Source of the DNA: Schizochytrium sp. TIO01
Lineage: Eukaryota > Protista > Bigyra: Labyrinthulomycetes
Reading direction: 5' to 3'
Assembly: GCA_004764695.1 (NCBI GenBank)
Contig: SMSO01000006.1
Location: 1,317,859 to 1,381,858 of the forward strand
DNA length: 64,000 nt
A model generated the notes under the pieces. It worked only from the letters and a program-made list of their open reading frames with translations. It was not told where the DNA came from and ran no database searches. This document shows, piece by piece, positions 51,670 to 62,034 of this stretch. Made by a program: the position numbers and the translations under genes. Numbering within the stretch: the first letter of the stretch is position 1; every line of letters starts with the position of its first letter.

Positions 51670-54600
51670 ACTGGTGCTATATAGTGACTAGCTAGGTCCT
51701 AGCAGGTATTTCTTCTCTTCTTACTTTGTGTTTTTGCTTCGTTTCGCGTTCATATACTATGACGCCTATAAAGTATAGGCCTATAACTTCTTTTTGCTAA
51801 TGAAAAAAAAATGAAGTGCGTATTAGAAGAAAATATCAGCAAAGGTCTATTCAAGTTGACTTTTGACTAATGAGCGTTACTGAGAGGAAGAGAAAAATCG
51901 AGCAGACTATTTTTTTCCTTTAAGAATTAACAATTCTATTTTTAATCAAAAATATATATATTTTTTAAAAAATATAAACCTAAATATAAATTGGACTACC
52001 ACTAAGATAGTCAAACAGACAAATCAACATATCAATGTACAGTAATAGTAGTAGATGATAGGCAGGCCTACCTAGCTATCGGGTATACCAGCACAAAGAA
52101 CTCGAAGCAATGCAAAGAGATCGAAGTCAATTGTCAATGAAATTCGACAGTGATGGATCGACCTTTGACCTGACGAAGTAAGTATCTATGTATGGTTGAC
52201 ATTGAGGGTGTCGATTGCGTGTCCAGCTGTACTTCTTTGTGTCTGCAGTTGTATTTATGTACAACATTTTGAACTGACCTGCGAGAGCCTGCCTTTCTAG
52301 GATCAATATTTTAGTTTATTTTTCTTTAATGAAGAAACCTTGGATAAATTGATGTATTTTCAACCCCTTCTATAACTCTGGGCCCAAGCAGGGACCAGGC
52401 TTGTCGATTGTCGCTTTCGGAGCAGCGTCTGCTCAACCCATCCTTTTTCGCACTCCCAGTGAGCAAACTTCTACAGTGCCTTCGAACGCGAGTGCATTCC
52501 AGTGCCCTTCATAAGAGGAATAGTACAAACAAAACAATGAAACGAAACGAAACGACCGATTTCCGGCTTTTCAAAGTTTAAGAAGAAAGTAGTACATAGT
52601 TTAAGTAGGTATAGTACATGTTAATAATATATAGGACCTTTCTACCCACACTAGAGCAAACCCAGAATGAATGGAAAACCAGAGAAGTTCTCGCTACCAT
52701 TTGACAAATATCTACTCAACTAACTTTGTAGATCGAGCTGCATTCCTCATGCATTTTCAGCCTGAATGATTCCAGTTTTGAATTCTTTTCCTGGATACTC
52801 CGACCTTGCTCTTAAAAGCTAAGGCCGTACACCTTGGCGTGCTCCACGACGGTTTGCTGTTGTTGCTCACTTATGAGTAGTATAGCGTGCTGCTCTAGGA
52901 TGAAGTCCAAAAGAACAGTTTTGCGTTTTGTGTTGTAGTTCTGCAGTAACTATGTACATGTAGAAAGTCAAGTTGGGCATGCCGCGTGGCGCTGTGATTG
53001 CAGGCGTGGGTCGAGACCAGGTATTCGTGGTATTCGTCTGAAGGGATTGAGGCTTACTGGATAGTTTGTACATGCTTTAGAGGCCTACGTGTATTTGTTT
53101 TTTGTTTGTTTGGTTGGATGGTTCATTTGCTTCCTACGCGAGAATTGAAACACAGAATCACTGCCCCTCCCTTCCCAGCCATAGCTAGTTTTCTTCCCTC
53201 TAGGCACCTGCGTTCCAGGCATAACCCGCACCCTACTAGACTCACGATTCGTGATTTGCAATGCATCGCGAGCCATGATTTGTTGTCATAAGTCATAAGT
53301 CATGAAATTCATGTCATCAGCCATGATTCGCAATTCGTTTGAAGTTTGCAATTCATTCATAATTCACGATTCGCCACTTGCAATTGGTCCTCAGCATTCA
53401 TTCTGAGTTAGGACTTAACTTCAATGACCATGGGCTTCTCTCTCGATTTCCATCAAAACCTCACCTCAGTTTTGTCGCTCGTTTTTACCCGTTCGCTGAC
53501 GTACCTGAGCAGTTTCCACAAACACTTGAGCACGATCAGGTCAACTCCAAGCGCTCCGGTCGAGGTCAAGGCCTTTGTCCGAATGCCTCAGCAGACTGTT
53601 TTGTACGCGAAGGAATGAAGTTACTCAGCGGACAAATTTCACAGTGATTGCGATTCTGTATAACTACTTTCTATAAATACGCCTCTTCAGCCGCTCTTTG
53701 TTGTACTGTTTTCCTTCCTATATCACATTTGCGCGCACCCCACAAGTGAGATATATAGCCGAGATAAAGGGCTGAAAAACCTTACGGGCCGAGCGCTATG
53801 GGCCTCCTATGCTTAACAGTAGCAATGTGATGGATGGGGAACAGAACGACTGGCGATTGGAACAGGGAAAGGTTGTGAATGTGGGTGGCAAAGGATCGAA
53901 AAGCAACAATGAAGATTGATTGCTCTGGGGTTCTCAGAAGCCTGTCGGTATGCACTCACGAAATGCACGCCGCTTGAAAGACGTTGGCATGATCGATCTA
54001 ATGAAAAACCAAGTAACTTTGATCGAGACATGAAAAGAAGCTTAGCTGTTGCAGCATGTAGCTAGTTCATTATTGTATTATTTGTTTACCTCAAACTGTC
54101 ATCAATTATTATTGCTCTGTTGAATGGGTCAGTGAGGTCGCTTCTGCTGTAGTAAAAGACGAAAGTGAAATAAAGGATACGAAGAGAAACGATCAGAAAC
54201 CCAAACAATGCCATCCTGAGAGATCTCAAAGTTGCGGACGGCAATTGTAAAAGGCTTTGCCAAACCCTTTCAGAAGTAATGATGCAGGCAGGAATAGACA
54301 ATACATACTGACGGTGCCTCAATACATCTATTTATATTGTAGGCCTAGTACTATGTCATTGTTTATTAATTTTAAAATTAACTACTTTTAGAATTGATAA
54401 TTTCTCAAAATATAGAAAACAAAATTAGAAAAATTGATGAACTTGGACGATAAGAAACAGAAATAAAAACTTGTTTTCCCTCCATCATAGGCATAGGGGT
54501 TCCTATTGGTTGGCTAGGTACCCTCGCTGCCCTCTCAAAAGGAAAAGAACTTGAAAGAACTTTTCACAGTTCCTAGCAATTGCGGACTTCGGGCCAAAGA

Positions 54601-54904
54601 GATGACCCAACTCGAAGGTCTTTCTTTGCTGTTGTTGTCTCCAGACGGTTTGCTTTTGGAGAAGAGGAGACGATATTGCGTTGCTCTATCTTAGTGCTGA
54701 TATCCCAGTCGTGACCTCTCTCATTTCCTGCTTCCTTCCTTTTTTCAAGCTAGTGTTTATTGAGTAAGTCAGTTCCCTTGATTGATTGCTTGATTGATTG
54801 CTTACTTGCTTTAAGCTTCTGCTATCGCATGTACCATAGGTAGTTGTTATTTGTCAAACGTTTTTATTTCTATTTTCATTTAAAAAGCACATAGGTACAG
54901 GTAC

Positions 54905-55020
54905 TCTTAGATTTTAAACTACAAAATTTGCAAAACTTGCATTTCATAGCAGGTCTAAGACCCGATCGCGGATTAGTTAGACTAACCCGCGACTCAATGA
55001 AATGATTTTTTTTAAATCAT
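54905..55020 (-). ncRNA. Candidate Fanzor omegaRNA scaffold (right end)
   Basis: Nested stems directly after the nuclease stop: CAUUUCAU/AUGAAAUG, UCGCGGGUUAGU-cua-ACUAAUCCGCGA (G-U pair on this strand), GGGUC-uua-GACCU, and UCUUAG complementary to a distal CUAAGA (pseudoknot-like). Confidence 0.7.
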
Positions 55021-56817
55021 GTCCTTGGATAGGTAGCGTAAAAGGATGCCTCTTGCGGCATGGACATCACGGTCTGCTACATGGTTGCACTTGGGATTAG
55101 GGCATTGGAAAATCTTGGATGCCCCGAGGTTATGGTGGAGGGTACCACACTCATTGCATGTTTTGGAAGTGTAACTTTCTTGGCAAAGAACAAGCTTGCA
55201 CCACGGGAACATCTCAGCCTTATGAATGAGAGCCTGGCGGAACCCAAAATGGGACCAACGACACATCATTCGAATAGACTTCTTGGAGATCCGTCGCTCC
55301 ATCCTCCTGCTCATCTTAGAGGTTTCGAATTTGGGCAGGAGAATAACACGATAGTTTTCACAAAGCCAAAGCGCGAGCTTGCGGTGAATCTCAGTGATCT
55401 TGTTCTTGATCTTGAGTTGGGCGCGATAGAAGGCGCGCTTCAAGGGGGTGTTGAAATTGTCTTTATCACTGGATGCAGTTTTCTTTTTATCAATGCTGCT
55501 TTGGATCTTATCAACGCGGCGACAGAGATAGAATATGGTTCTAAAATCTTTCCCTGTGCCCCATTCAATGGCGCGGCCATCGGCGTCATACATCGTCTGA
55601 AACGAGCGAACACCCGGGTCTAGAGCAATGACACCATGGTGCGCCTTGGGTGCCTGGTCCATTGGACGCTTTTTTTCTTCTCGTAAGAAGCAGAAGTAGA
55701 CATGCCCAAGGCGATTCATTTGCACACGCATGGCGTTCGAAATCTGGTCGGGGAACTCTTCTTTACGTGTTCGGAATTCTTTTAGAAAGTTGGAGGTCTT
55801 TGATTTCTTCGCATTCCAGGTACGTGCATTCACTTCGAAAATCTGTGATTCATCACGCTTGGTCCGAAACTTATAAAAAGATTGCTCATGGACTTTCTTT
55901 TGTACAGCGAGCTCTTCGTTTTTGGCTCGTCCCGAGTTAATAGCCTTGAAGAAATCCAGAATCCCGGAATCACGGATAGCCTGTGGGACCTCGCGAACCC
56001 ATTTAGGAGCACCATTACTTTCTTTAGATCGAACGACTTTCTTTTCTCCATAGAGGGCACTATGCGTTTGGGGATTCCCATCTTCATCTACTAAATCCTG
56101 CTTCGTCTTACGATCCTTTTTGATGCACGCTTCTTGATGCAATTTGATGGCTTCTTTCTCGCCCTTCGCCATGTCTCGGTGAAACGCAACGCCAATATTG
56201 TAGGCTCTTCTAGTGACACCAAACCATTTAAGCAACTGTGTACGTTGATCTTTATTAGGATATACCCTAACCTTTCTGGCACGGACAAGGTTATATTCTT
56301 TCTTGATGGTCTTGCGCGCCTTCGTGCGAGCTCGCTTCTTCCTCGCTGCGTCGTCGCCGTCTATTTTGCGCTGCTCGTTTTCCGTGATGCGATGCCACAA
56401 AGACGGTGATGATTCCGAGGAGGTCTTTGGTGAAGGTGTCTGAGTCTCCGGCATGTGCATCTTGGCCGTGTACCACGAGTTTGACATTTTATCTTTCGAA
56501 AAGGTGTTCCAAGAGGTCGACTGCGATTCGCGCAAGTCGGTCGCGGTGCATGACCACAACTTGGCCGATTCCGCCGCGGTCACAGGCGTCCAGTAGGGAG
56601 CACAGACCTTGGCGTTTGAAATTGACCCCGCTACCGATGTCTTTGTAGACGGCGGAAGCATCTGGGTAGGCGCGCTGGAGATCGCCAACCTGGCGTTCGA
56701 GGTCCTCCTTTTGCTTGACCGAGGACACTCTGGCGTAGATAACGGTACATCCAGAGCTGCGTTGCTCGCGGCCGGTGGAACCGCAATCAAAGATGCGCTC
56801 AACATCGTCGCTGGCAT
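55012..56817 (-). CDS. tnpB: Fanzor2 / IS607-TnpB-family RNA-guided endonuclease
   Basis: Open frame (601 aa from the first ATG at 56817; real start uncertain). OrfB HTH RKVRVYPNKDQR..WFGVTRRAYN; RuvC-I IALDPGVRSF; ILLPKFE (Pro at the canonical Glu site); ESYTSKTCNECG..CPNPKC zinc finger; RuvC-III DRDVHAARGI. Confidence 0.93.
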   Translation of the reverse strand: MPATMLSASLIAVPPAASNAALDVPLSTPECPRSSKRRTSNARLAISSAPTQMLPPSTKTSVAGSISNAKVCAPYWTPVTAAESAKLWSCTATDLRESQSTSWNTFSKDKMSNSWYTAKMHMPETQTPSPKTSSESSPSLWHRITENEQRKIDGDDAARKKRARTKARKTIKKEYNLVRARKVRVYPNKDQRTQLLKWFGVTRRAYNIGVAFHRDMAKGEKEAIKLHQEACIKKDRKTKQDLVDEDGNPQTHSALYGEKKVVRSKESNGAPKWVREVPQAIRDSGILDFFKAINSGRAKNEELAVQKKVHEQSFYKFRTKRDESQIFEVNARTWNAKKSKTSNFLKEFRTRKEEFPDQISNAMRVQMNRLGHVYFCFLREEKKRPMDQAPKAHHGVIALDPGVRSFQTMYDADGRAIEWGTGKDFRTIFYLCRRVDKIQSSIDKKKTASSDKDNFNTPLKRAFYRAQLKIKNKITEIHRKLALWLCENYRVILLPKFETSKMSRRMERRISKKSIRMMCRWSHFGFRQALIHKAEMFPWCKLVLCQESYTSKTCNECGTLHHNLGASKIFQCPNPKCNHVADRDVHAARGILLRYLSKDMI

Positions 56818-56914
56818 AGATGCGCTTGCCTCCGGGGAAGCGCGCGAAGCGCACGCGTCCGCCGTCGGCCCAGCCCCGAAGGGCGCTTGCTGAGACCCCA
56901 AACTTCCTATTGCA
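56291..56914 (-). pseudogene. tnpA: IS607-family serine recombinase/transposase TnpA, disrupted
   Basis: MerR-like HTH (KFGVSASALRGWADGG..FPGGKRIY), catalytic YARVSS, DLERQ, DIGSGVNFKRQGL, HRDRLAR, DLLGIITVF. In-frame TAA at 56489-56491; no in-frame ATG upstream of the HTH. Confidence 0.88.
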
Positions 56915-57083
56915 GAGTAGCCTGAGCTGTGAAGCGTGGAGAGGTAGTCTGACAAGGATGACGAACTCAGGAGAAAGAGAAAGAGGATGATATATGAGTT
57001 ATTGGGGTTTCAGGTCTGGATACAGGCAGGAATGAATGTATGATGTCAGTCCGATACACAGGATGTGTCGGACATGAGGGCTT

Positions 57084-57110
57084 GGTTAGGTTAGGTTAGG
57101 TTAGGTTAGA
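57084..57110. repeat. (GGTTA)5 pentamer array at the putative element left end
   Basis: ggttaggttaggttaggttaggttaga seen directly. Confidence 0.8.
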
Positions 57111-57476
57111 CAGTAGCTGTATATTACTTCAATACTCCCCCCGCAAATCACGCGTCAGCACCTGAAGCATCAAGTAAGCGACTAGCGTGTTTCCAATGAG
57201 ATGGTGAAAGAACTTTGCTGGTTTGTATTCGAGGTTTGCTCCACTTGCAGTGTTTGGAGCTTGTCGGTTCCTCGGCCTCCCCATTTTCTTATCTAACCTC
57301 TACTTCTTATTAATAATCTAACTAAACATAATATATGGTTAATATGAAACAATCACATCGAAATATAAGTTATCGAACTTTTAACGTTTTTTGTTGTACT
57401 GCATTAGGATATATACCATACACAAAATTATGCATAACAAAAACGTTTTTCTATAATCTATAACTATATCATGTTT

Positions 57477-57541
57477 GTATGTATGTATGTATGTATGTAT
57501 GTATGTATGTATGTATGTATGTATGTATGTATGTATGTATG

Positions 57542-57571
<30 letters not shown>
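57477..57571. repeat. (GTAT)n microsatellite
   Basis: Seen directly. Confidence 0.97.
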
Positions 57572-57572
<1 letters not shown>

Positions 57573-57793
57573 TTATATAAACAAGGAGCCTTCGATGTCC
57601 GTCTGTATAACTGCATTGGCCCATTGAAAAACGAAAGAAAGACGAAAAAACTTGACTTGACCTGACTTGAGTTGAACACTCAATATATATGTGTGTATCT
57701 CATCGCCTGAGTTCAGAATAAAGCACGCCATATCAGGCACCATCGCAGCTCGAGTCGCTGACATCGTCCAGGGCAGTGAAAAACTAAACCTCG

Positions 57794-57850
57794 TAGGTAG
57801 ATAGGTAGGTAGGTAGGTAGGTAGGTAGGTAGGTAGGTATAGGTACCTAC
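57794..57850. repeat. (GGTA)n microsatellite ending in a TAGGTACCTA palindrome
   Basis: Seen directly. Confidence 0.9.
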
Positions 57851-59148
57851 TATCTCTCTCCAAGCCAAGTAAGGAAACAAAGTTCCAACTTCTTTCTTCT
57901 TGAAAACCAAAACAACAACTTGAACAGGTTTTCTTTCTTTTTGTTGCTATGTCTCTCAATAAATACGCACTACCCACTCGCTAGCCACTTGTATTGGTGG
58001 GTAGGTAGGTACTAGTTTTTCAACAATGAGTGATTTCTTTCTTTTTCAATTTTTTCAATTTTTCGAGTGAATTAAAACGTTTTTAAAAAGATTAGACTTT
58101 TAAAATAGTGAGAAAGAATTAATTCCTACTTTTAAGATAGTTTGGGGTAGCGGGCTTAGTGGGACTGGTATCGGTGTCCTTTTACAGCGAAGACACAGAT
58201 AATCCAAAAATAGTTTTTTATAGTTTAGTGGGTAGAGTATGTATGTTACTTGGTAATGAATGATCTGTGCGAAGCTTTTGCTTGCGAAGACAAACTTCGA
58301 TCGCCGACGATCGCTCGGTCGCGACTCGCTCGGCGCCGTCCGAGGTATAAAGAGAAGGAGGGCCAGTTGCGGGGAACCTGGATCCTCCCCAGGAACACCT
58401 CGCTCGCGCCGCCCAGGCCGCCGGCGGAGGTAGACGCTGCGCAGGACAGGGCAGGACATTCAATTGTCAAGCTCTCTTTCTTTGCTTAATTTCCCTCTCT
58501 TTCTGTCTCTCTGCTTCTCCTTGAGTGGGCCAACAAACGAAGAAGCGCCGTGCTTTTTGGACTCATACCCAAATACATTTGGAGAAGTTAGAGGTTGAAA
58601 CCGAGCAGCAATTCGCCAAGGCAGCCGGGTCTTTGATCAAAAGAAAGCTTCTGGACCTTCGCTCAGGAGGCTCTTGACTTGACTTTGGTCATTGTAGCAG
58701 GTTGGATTAAAATATATCAATCCACTTGAGAATTCGTCTGTGAATCGCCCCTTGCAGGTATTGGCTGCTGGGACTAGTGCACATCTCTCTGTTTAGACAC
58801 AGAAACGTCAAACGCGAGTGGAAGACCGGGAATTTACTGGTGTTTCGAACCGGTTTATTCTGTATCTGTATCTAAATTTAATCCGCCGGACTCGCGTACA
58901 TCTGGAAAAAAAAAAAAATTGCTCAAATTTCCACGTGCGAATCTCGCAGCCGTGTACTTAGAGCTAGGCAGAAATAACAAGTGAGTTAGAAGAACAAGCA
59001 TTGTCCTATAGGATCCTGATCATTTGCTTCGACAGGACTCTCGGTGTCAAGAACGCAGGAAGACGCCACCGCGGGTCTTCCTGCCCAGGAAGGGGGCACA
59101 ATCGAACCCCTTCCTCTAACGCGTGACAGCCGGGGCTCGAAGCGAAGG

Positions 59149-62034
59149 ATGGGCTGTGCCTCCTCATCTGTGAACGAAAATCAAACTCCGACTTCTTTCG
59201 AAAAGCCCTCGCAGCGTTCGAGGATCTCTGAAGAACCAACTCGTACCACAGACGCTCCTAGCCCAGCCACAACCAGCCCCACGACAGCAATTGAAAAAAT
59301 CGATTTCACGAACTCGGCATCAGAAGAAATGGCGCACATCGACGACCAGCAAGTCGACCTGGACAGTGAGATGTTGCAGACACGCACGCCCGCCCTCTCG
59401 GACGCCATGGACGTCGATCCGAATGGACCCATGACCGAGACGCTTCTACAGCAGGCCGGGCTTGACCCGGTCCTCGCAAGTATCGCCCGTGAGCTTCGTG
59501 AAGCACCTTTCTTCAAGCCTCACTCCTGGCGCCAGATCCTCGGTATTGTCAGCAATATGGAAGAAGTCCCTTATACAAGCGGCACTGTTATTTGCCAACA
59601 AAATGCCGAGCAGGATGCATTTTACGTGCTCCGTTCTATGCATGACGCCGATGCGTTTTCTATTGACTCAGATCAAGCACAACACATTCCACGCATGTTT
59701 GGAGAGACATGCTTGCGCTACAATGATGTGAAATGGGCCATGACACTCATCGCGCAACGTGACATTACTGTTTTCCGCATCACACCACAAGTCTATCGTC
59801 GTCTAATTGTGCGAGAAGCTAAGCAAGAAGAAAATCATCTGCTCGGATTTTTGCGCAAAGTCCCCCTTCTCAAGCATCTTACAGAGGAGCAACTGGTGGG
59901 CCTCAGCAAAGCTGTGCAGCATGCACACTATCCTGATGGTGATAAAATTATTGCTCAAGGAACAATGGGATCATCTTTCTATTTGATTGAGTCTGGCACG
60001 GTAAAGTGCCTTCAGCACACACGCAAGGGCCCGCGCGAGGTGACAACGGAAGTAAATCGCTATTCTGCAGGTGATTACTTTGGAGAAGGCGCTCTCCTTA
60101 AGGATGCGCCGCGTAACGCAGATGTTGTTGCTATTGGGGATGTTACCTGCCTCGTGCTCAAGCGCGAGGACTTTACTGATCTTCTAGGGTCCCTGCAACT
60201 TCTCATGGAACGTAACTTCCGTGCCCGAGTTCTCAAGGGTGTTGAAATCCTCTCCAAGCTCACTGATTCAGAACGCGCTGCATTGGCAGAACTGCTCGAT
60301 GAGGAGATTTTCGAACCTGGTCAGCGTATCATCCGCCAAGGAGATTTTGGAGATCGCTTTTACATTATCAAGGATGGTGAAGTCTGTTTTCGTCGCATCC
60401 CCGACGGGCGGAACTCCTCGGCTGCAAGCCCATCAGATGATAACCAAAATGCCGCCGCTGCAGCGGCGGCTGCTGCTGCAGCGGCAGCCATGGCAGCAGC
60501 CAATGCATCTTCAGGTTCCTCAAACTCCGGCATGTCAGTGATTCCACCTCCGCCGCCTCCACCTCCTGCTGTCCCTGCCTCGTTTCAAGATGGCCCCTTT
60601 CATGAGTCTACACCCGATCCAGCTGTTGCCGCAGCAGCCGCGGCTGCTGTTGCAGCAGCTGCAGCCATGTCTTCAGCTAGTGTTAACGGTTTTCCACCCC
60701 AAGCTTCTGTACCCCCGCCACCTCCACATATCCCTGGTGGCTCCACCCCACCGATGCCGCTGTCGCTGCCAGTTTCGGGATCCCCATCACCGTCGCCCGT
60801 GCCCTCTCCTGGTCAGCAGCAATTCGCAATTGCCGAACCCAAAGAGGAAGAAATTGGTCGACTTTTCTCAGGTGCGTACTTTGGTGAAGGTGCTCTCCTC
60901 ACAGCTGCGCCACGTAGAGCCAGTGCCTATGCGGTGGGTCACGTAACCTTGCTGAGTTTGGAACGCTCGCAATTTGATGAAATCTTTGATGAATCACTAC
61001 AAGATCTTCTTAATCGAGATTTCGAAAAACGAAAGACCGAAGATACTGATACTAATGTGGAATTTTCTGATCTCGAGCAGCTATCAGTTCTTGGAGCTGG
61101 TAGTTATGGTCAGGTTCTCCTTGTTAACAACAAAGTTACTGGCCGTACCTATGCTCTCAAGACTATGGCAAAAGCTCGCATTGTTCAAATGGGTCAGCAG
61201 AGTCATGTGCTTAACGAAAAGCACATTCTTGAATCTACAAATCATCCGTTCATTGTTAGTTTGAAGCAGTCCTATGTCAGTCCGGACCATGTCTTTGTTC
61301 TTTTAGAAGCGGTTCTCGGTGGCGAGCTCTTTGCTTACATGCGCTGTGCTGGTCGCCTTCGTCTCAAGGATGCAACATTTTACATTGCTCAAGTCATTCT
61401 AGTCTTTGAATATCTTCATTCAAAGAATATCATCTATCGCGATCTTAAACCAGAGAATTTGTTGGTGGCAGCAAATGGTTATCTTAAATTCACAGACTTT
61501 GGTCTCGCCAAGGTTCTTATCAACGATCGTAAGACTTACACTCTTTGTGGAACCCCAGCCTATGCTTCACCTGAAGTTTACTCCTTGGCGGGGCATGGCA
61601 AACCCGCGGATTGGTGGACACTTGGCGTGCTTACCCACGAAATGCTTTCGGCAACCACTCCTTTTGATGGAAATGCTGAGCAAATTTTTGCCAGTCTTGA
61701 GGAATACTCCAGGGCTTATCCGAATATTCGACTTCCCCGTGGTTTATCTGGCGATTCTGCGGATTTCACTTTGCGCCTTCTTAACCCAAATCCAACAAAG
61801 CGACTTGGTTGTTTGCCCAGGGGCAACGGTGCTCGCGATGTAAAGTTGCACCCTCTCTTTCGTAATTGCAATTTCTCCCGGCTCCTACGCTTGGAGACCA
61901 AACCACCTTTTGAACCGAAAATTGATTCTACCTTTGACACGAATAATTTCTACACACCCGCTCTCAAGGGTAAGCCTATCAAACTGGATAATGTAGATCC
62001 GAAATCTATTCGCATTGGTGAATGGGAGTTTTAA
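59149..62034 (+). CDS. Cyclic-nucleotide-dependent protein kinase (PKG-like; 3 cNMP-binding domains + AGC kinase)
   Basis: ATG at 59149 gives MGCASS. cNMP domains (YFGEGALLKDAPRNADV; YFGEGALLTAAPRRASA). Kinase GAGSYG, YALK, YRDLKPEN, DFG, TLCGTP, ADWWTLG; AGC tail PPFEPKI..DTNNF. Confidence 0.94.
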   Translation: MGCASSSVNENQTPTSFEKPSQRSRISEEPTRTTDAPSPATTSPTTAIEKIDFTNSASEEMAHIDDQQVDLDSEMLQTRTPALSDAMDVDPNGPMTETLLQQAGLDPVLASIARELREAPFFKPHSWRQILGIVSNMEEVPYTSGTVICQQNAEQDAFYVLRSMHDADAFSIDSDQAQHIPRMFGETCLRYNDVKWAMTLIAQRDITVFRITPQVYRRLIVREAKQEENHLLGFLRKVPLLKHLTEEQLVGLSKAVQHAHYPDGDKIIAQGTMGSSFYLIESGTVKCLQHTRKGPREVTTEVNRYSAGDYFGEGALLKDAPRNADVVAIGDVTCLVLKREDFTDLLGSLQLLMERNFRARVLKGVEILSKLTDSERAALAELLDEEIFEPGQRIIRQGDFGDRFYIIKDGEVCFRRIPDGRNSSAASPSDDNQNAAAAAAAAAAAAAMAAANASSGSSNSGMSVIPPPPPPPPAVPASFQDGPFHESTPDPAVAAAAAAAVAAAAAMSSASVNGFPPQASVPPPPPHIPGGSTPPMPLSLPVSGSPSPSPVPSPGQQQFAIAEPKEEEIGRLFSGAYFGEGALLTAAPRRASAYAVGHVTLLSLERSQFDEIFDESLQDLLNRDFEKRKTEDTDTNVEFSDLEQLSVLGAGSYGQVLLVNNKVTGRTYALKTMAKARIVQMGQQSHVLNEKHILESTNHPFIVSLKQSYVSPDHVFVLLEAVLGGELFAYMRCAGRLRLKDATFYIAQVILVFEYLHSKNIIYRDLKPENLLVAANGYLKFTDFGLAKVLINDRKTYTLCGTPAYASPEVYSLAGHGKPADWWTLGVLTHEMLSATTPFDGNAEQIFASLEEYSRAYPNIRLPRGLSGDSADFTLRLLNPNPTKRLGCLPRGNGARDVKLHPLFRNCNFSRLLRLETKPPFEPKIDSTFDTNNFYTPALKGKPIKLDNVDPKSIRIGEWEF

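Larger units (their letters stand above)
54907..57110 (-). mobile_element. IS607-like Fanzor2 transposon (serine-recombinase TnpA + Fanzor/TnpB + omegaRNA)
   Basis: tnpA-tnpB gene pair and structured 3' RNA; boundaries inferred from a TTAGA direct repeat at 54907-54911 and 57106-57110. Confidence 0.85.

Noticed and set aside
56818-56955. TTG start for a 647-aa Fanzor as given in the ORF track
   Set aside because: Non-ATG start unlikely in a eukaryotic nuclear gene; the first ATG is at 56817
57084-57110. TTAGG repeats as a true telomere or CRISPR array
   Set aside because: Only five units, internal, with no spacers; host genes continue on both sides
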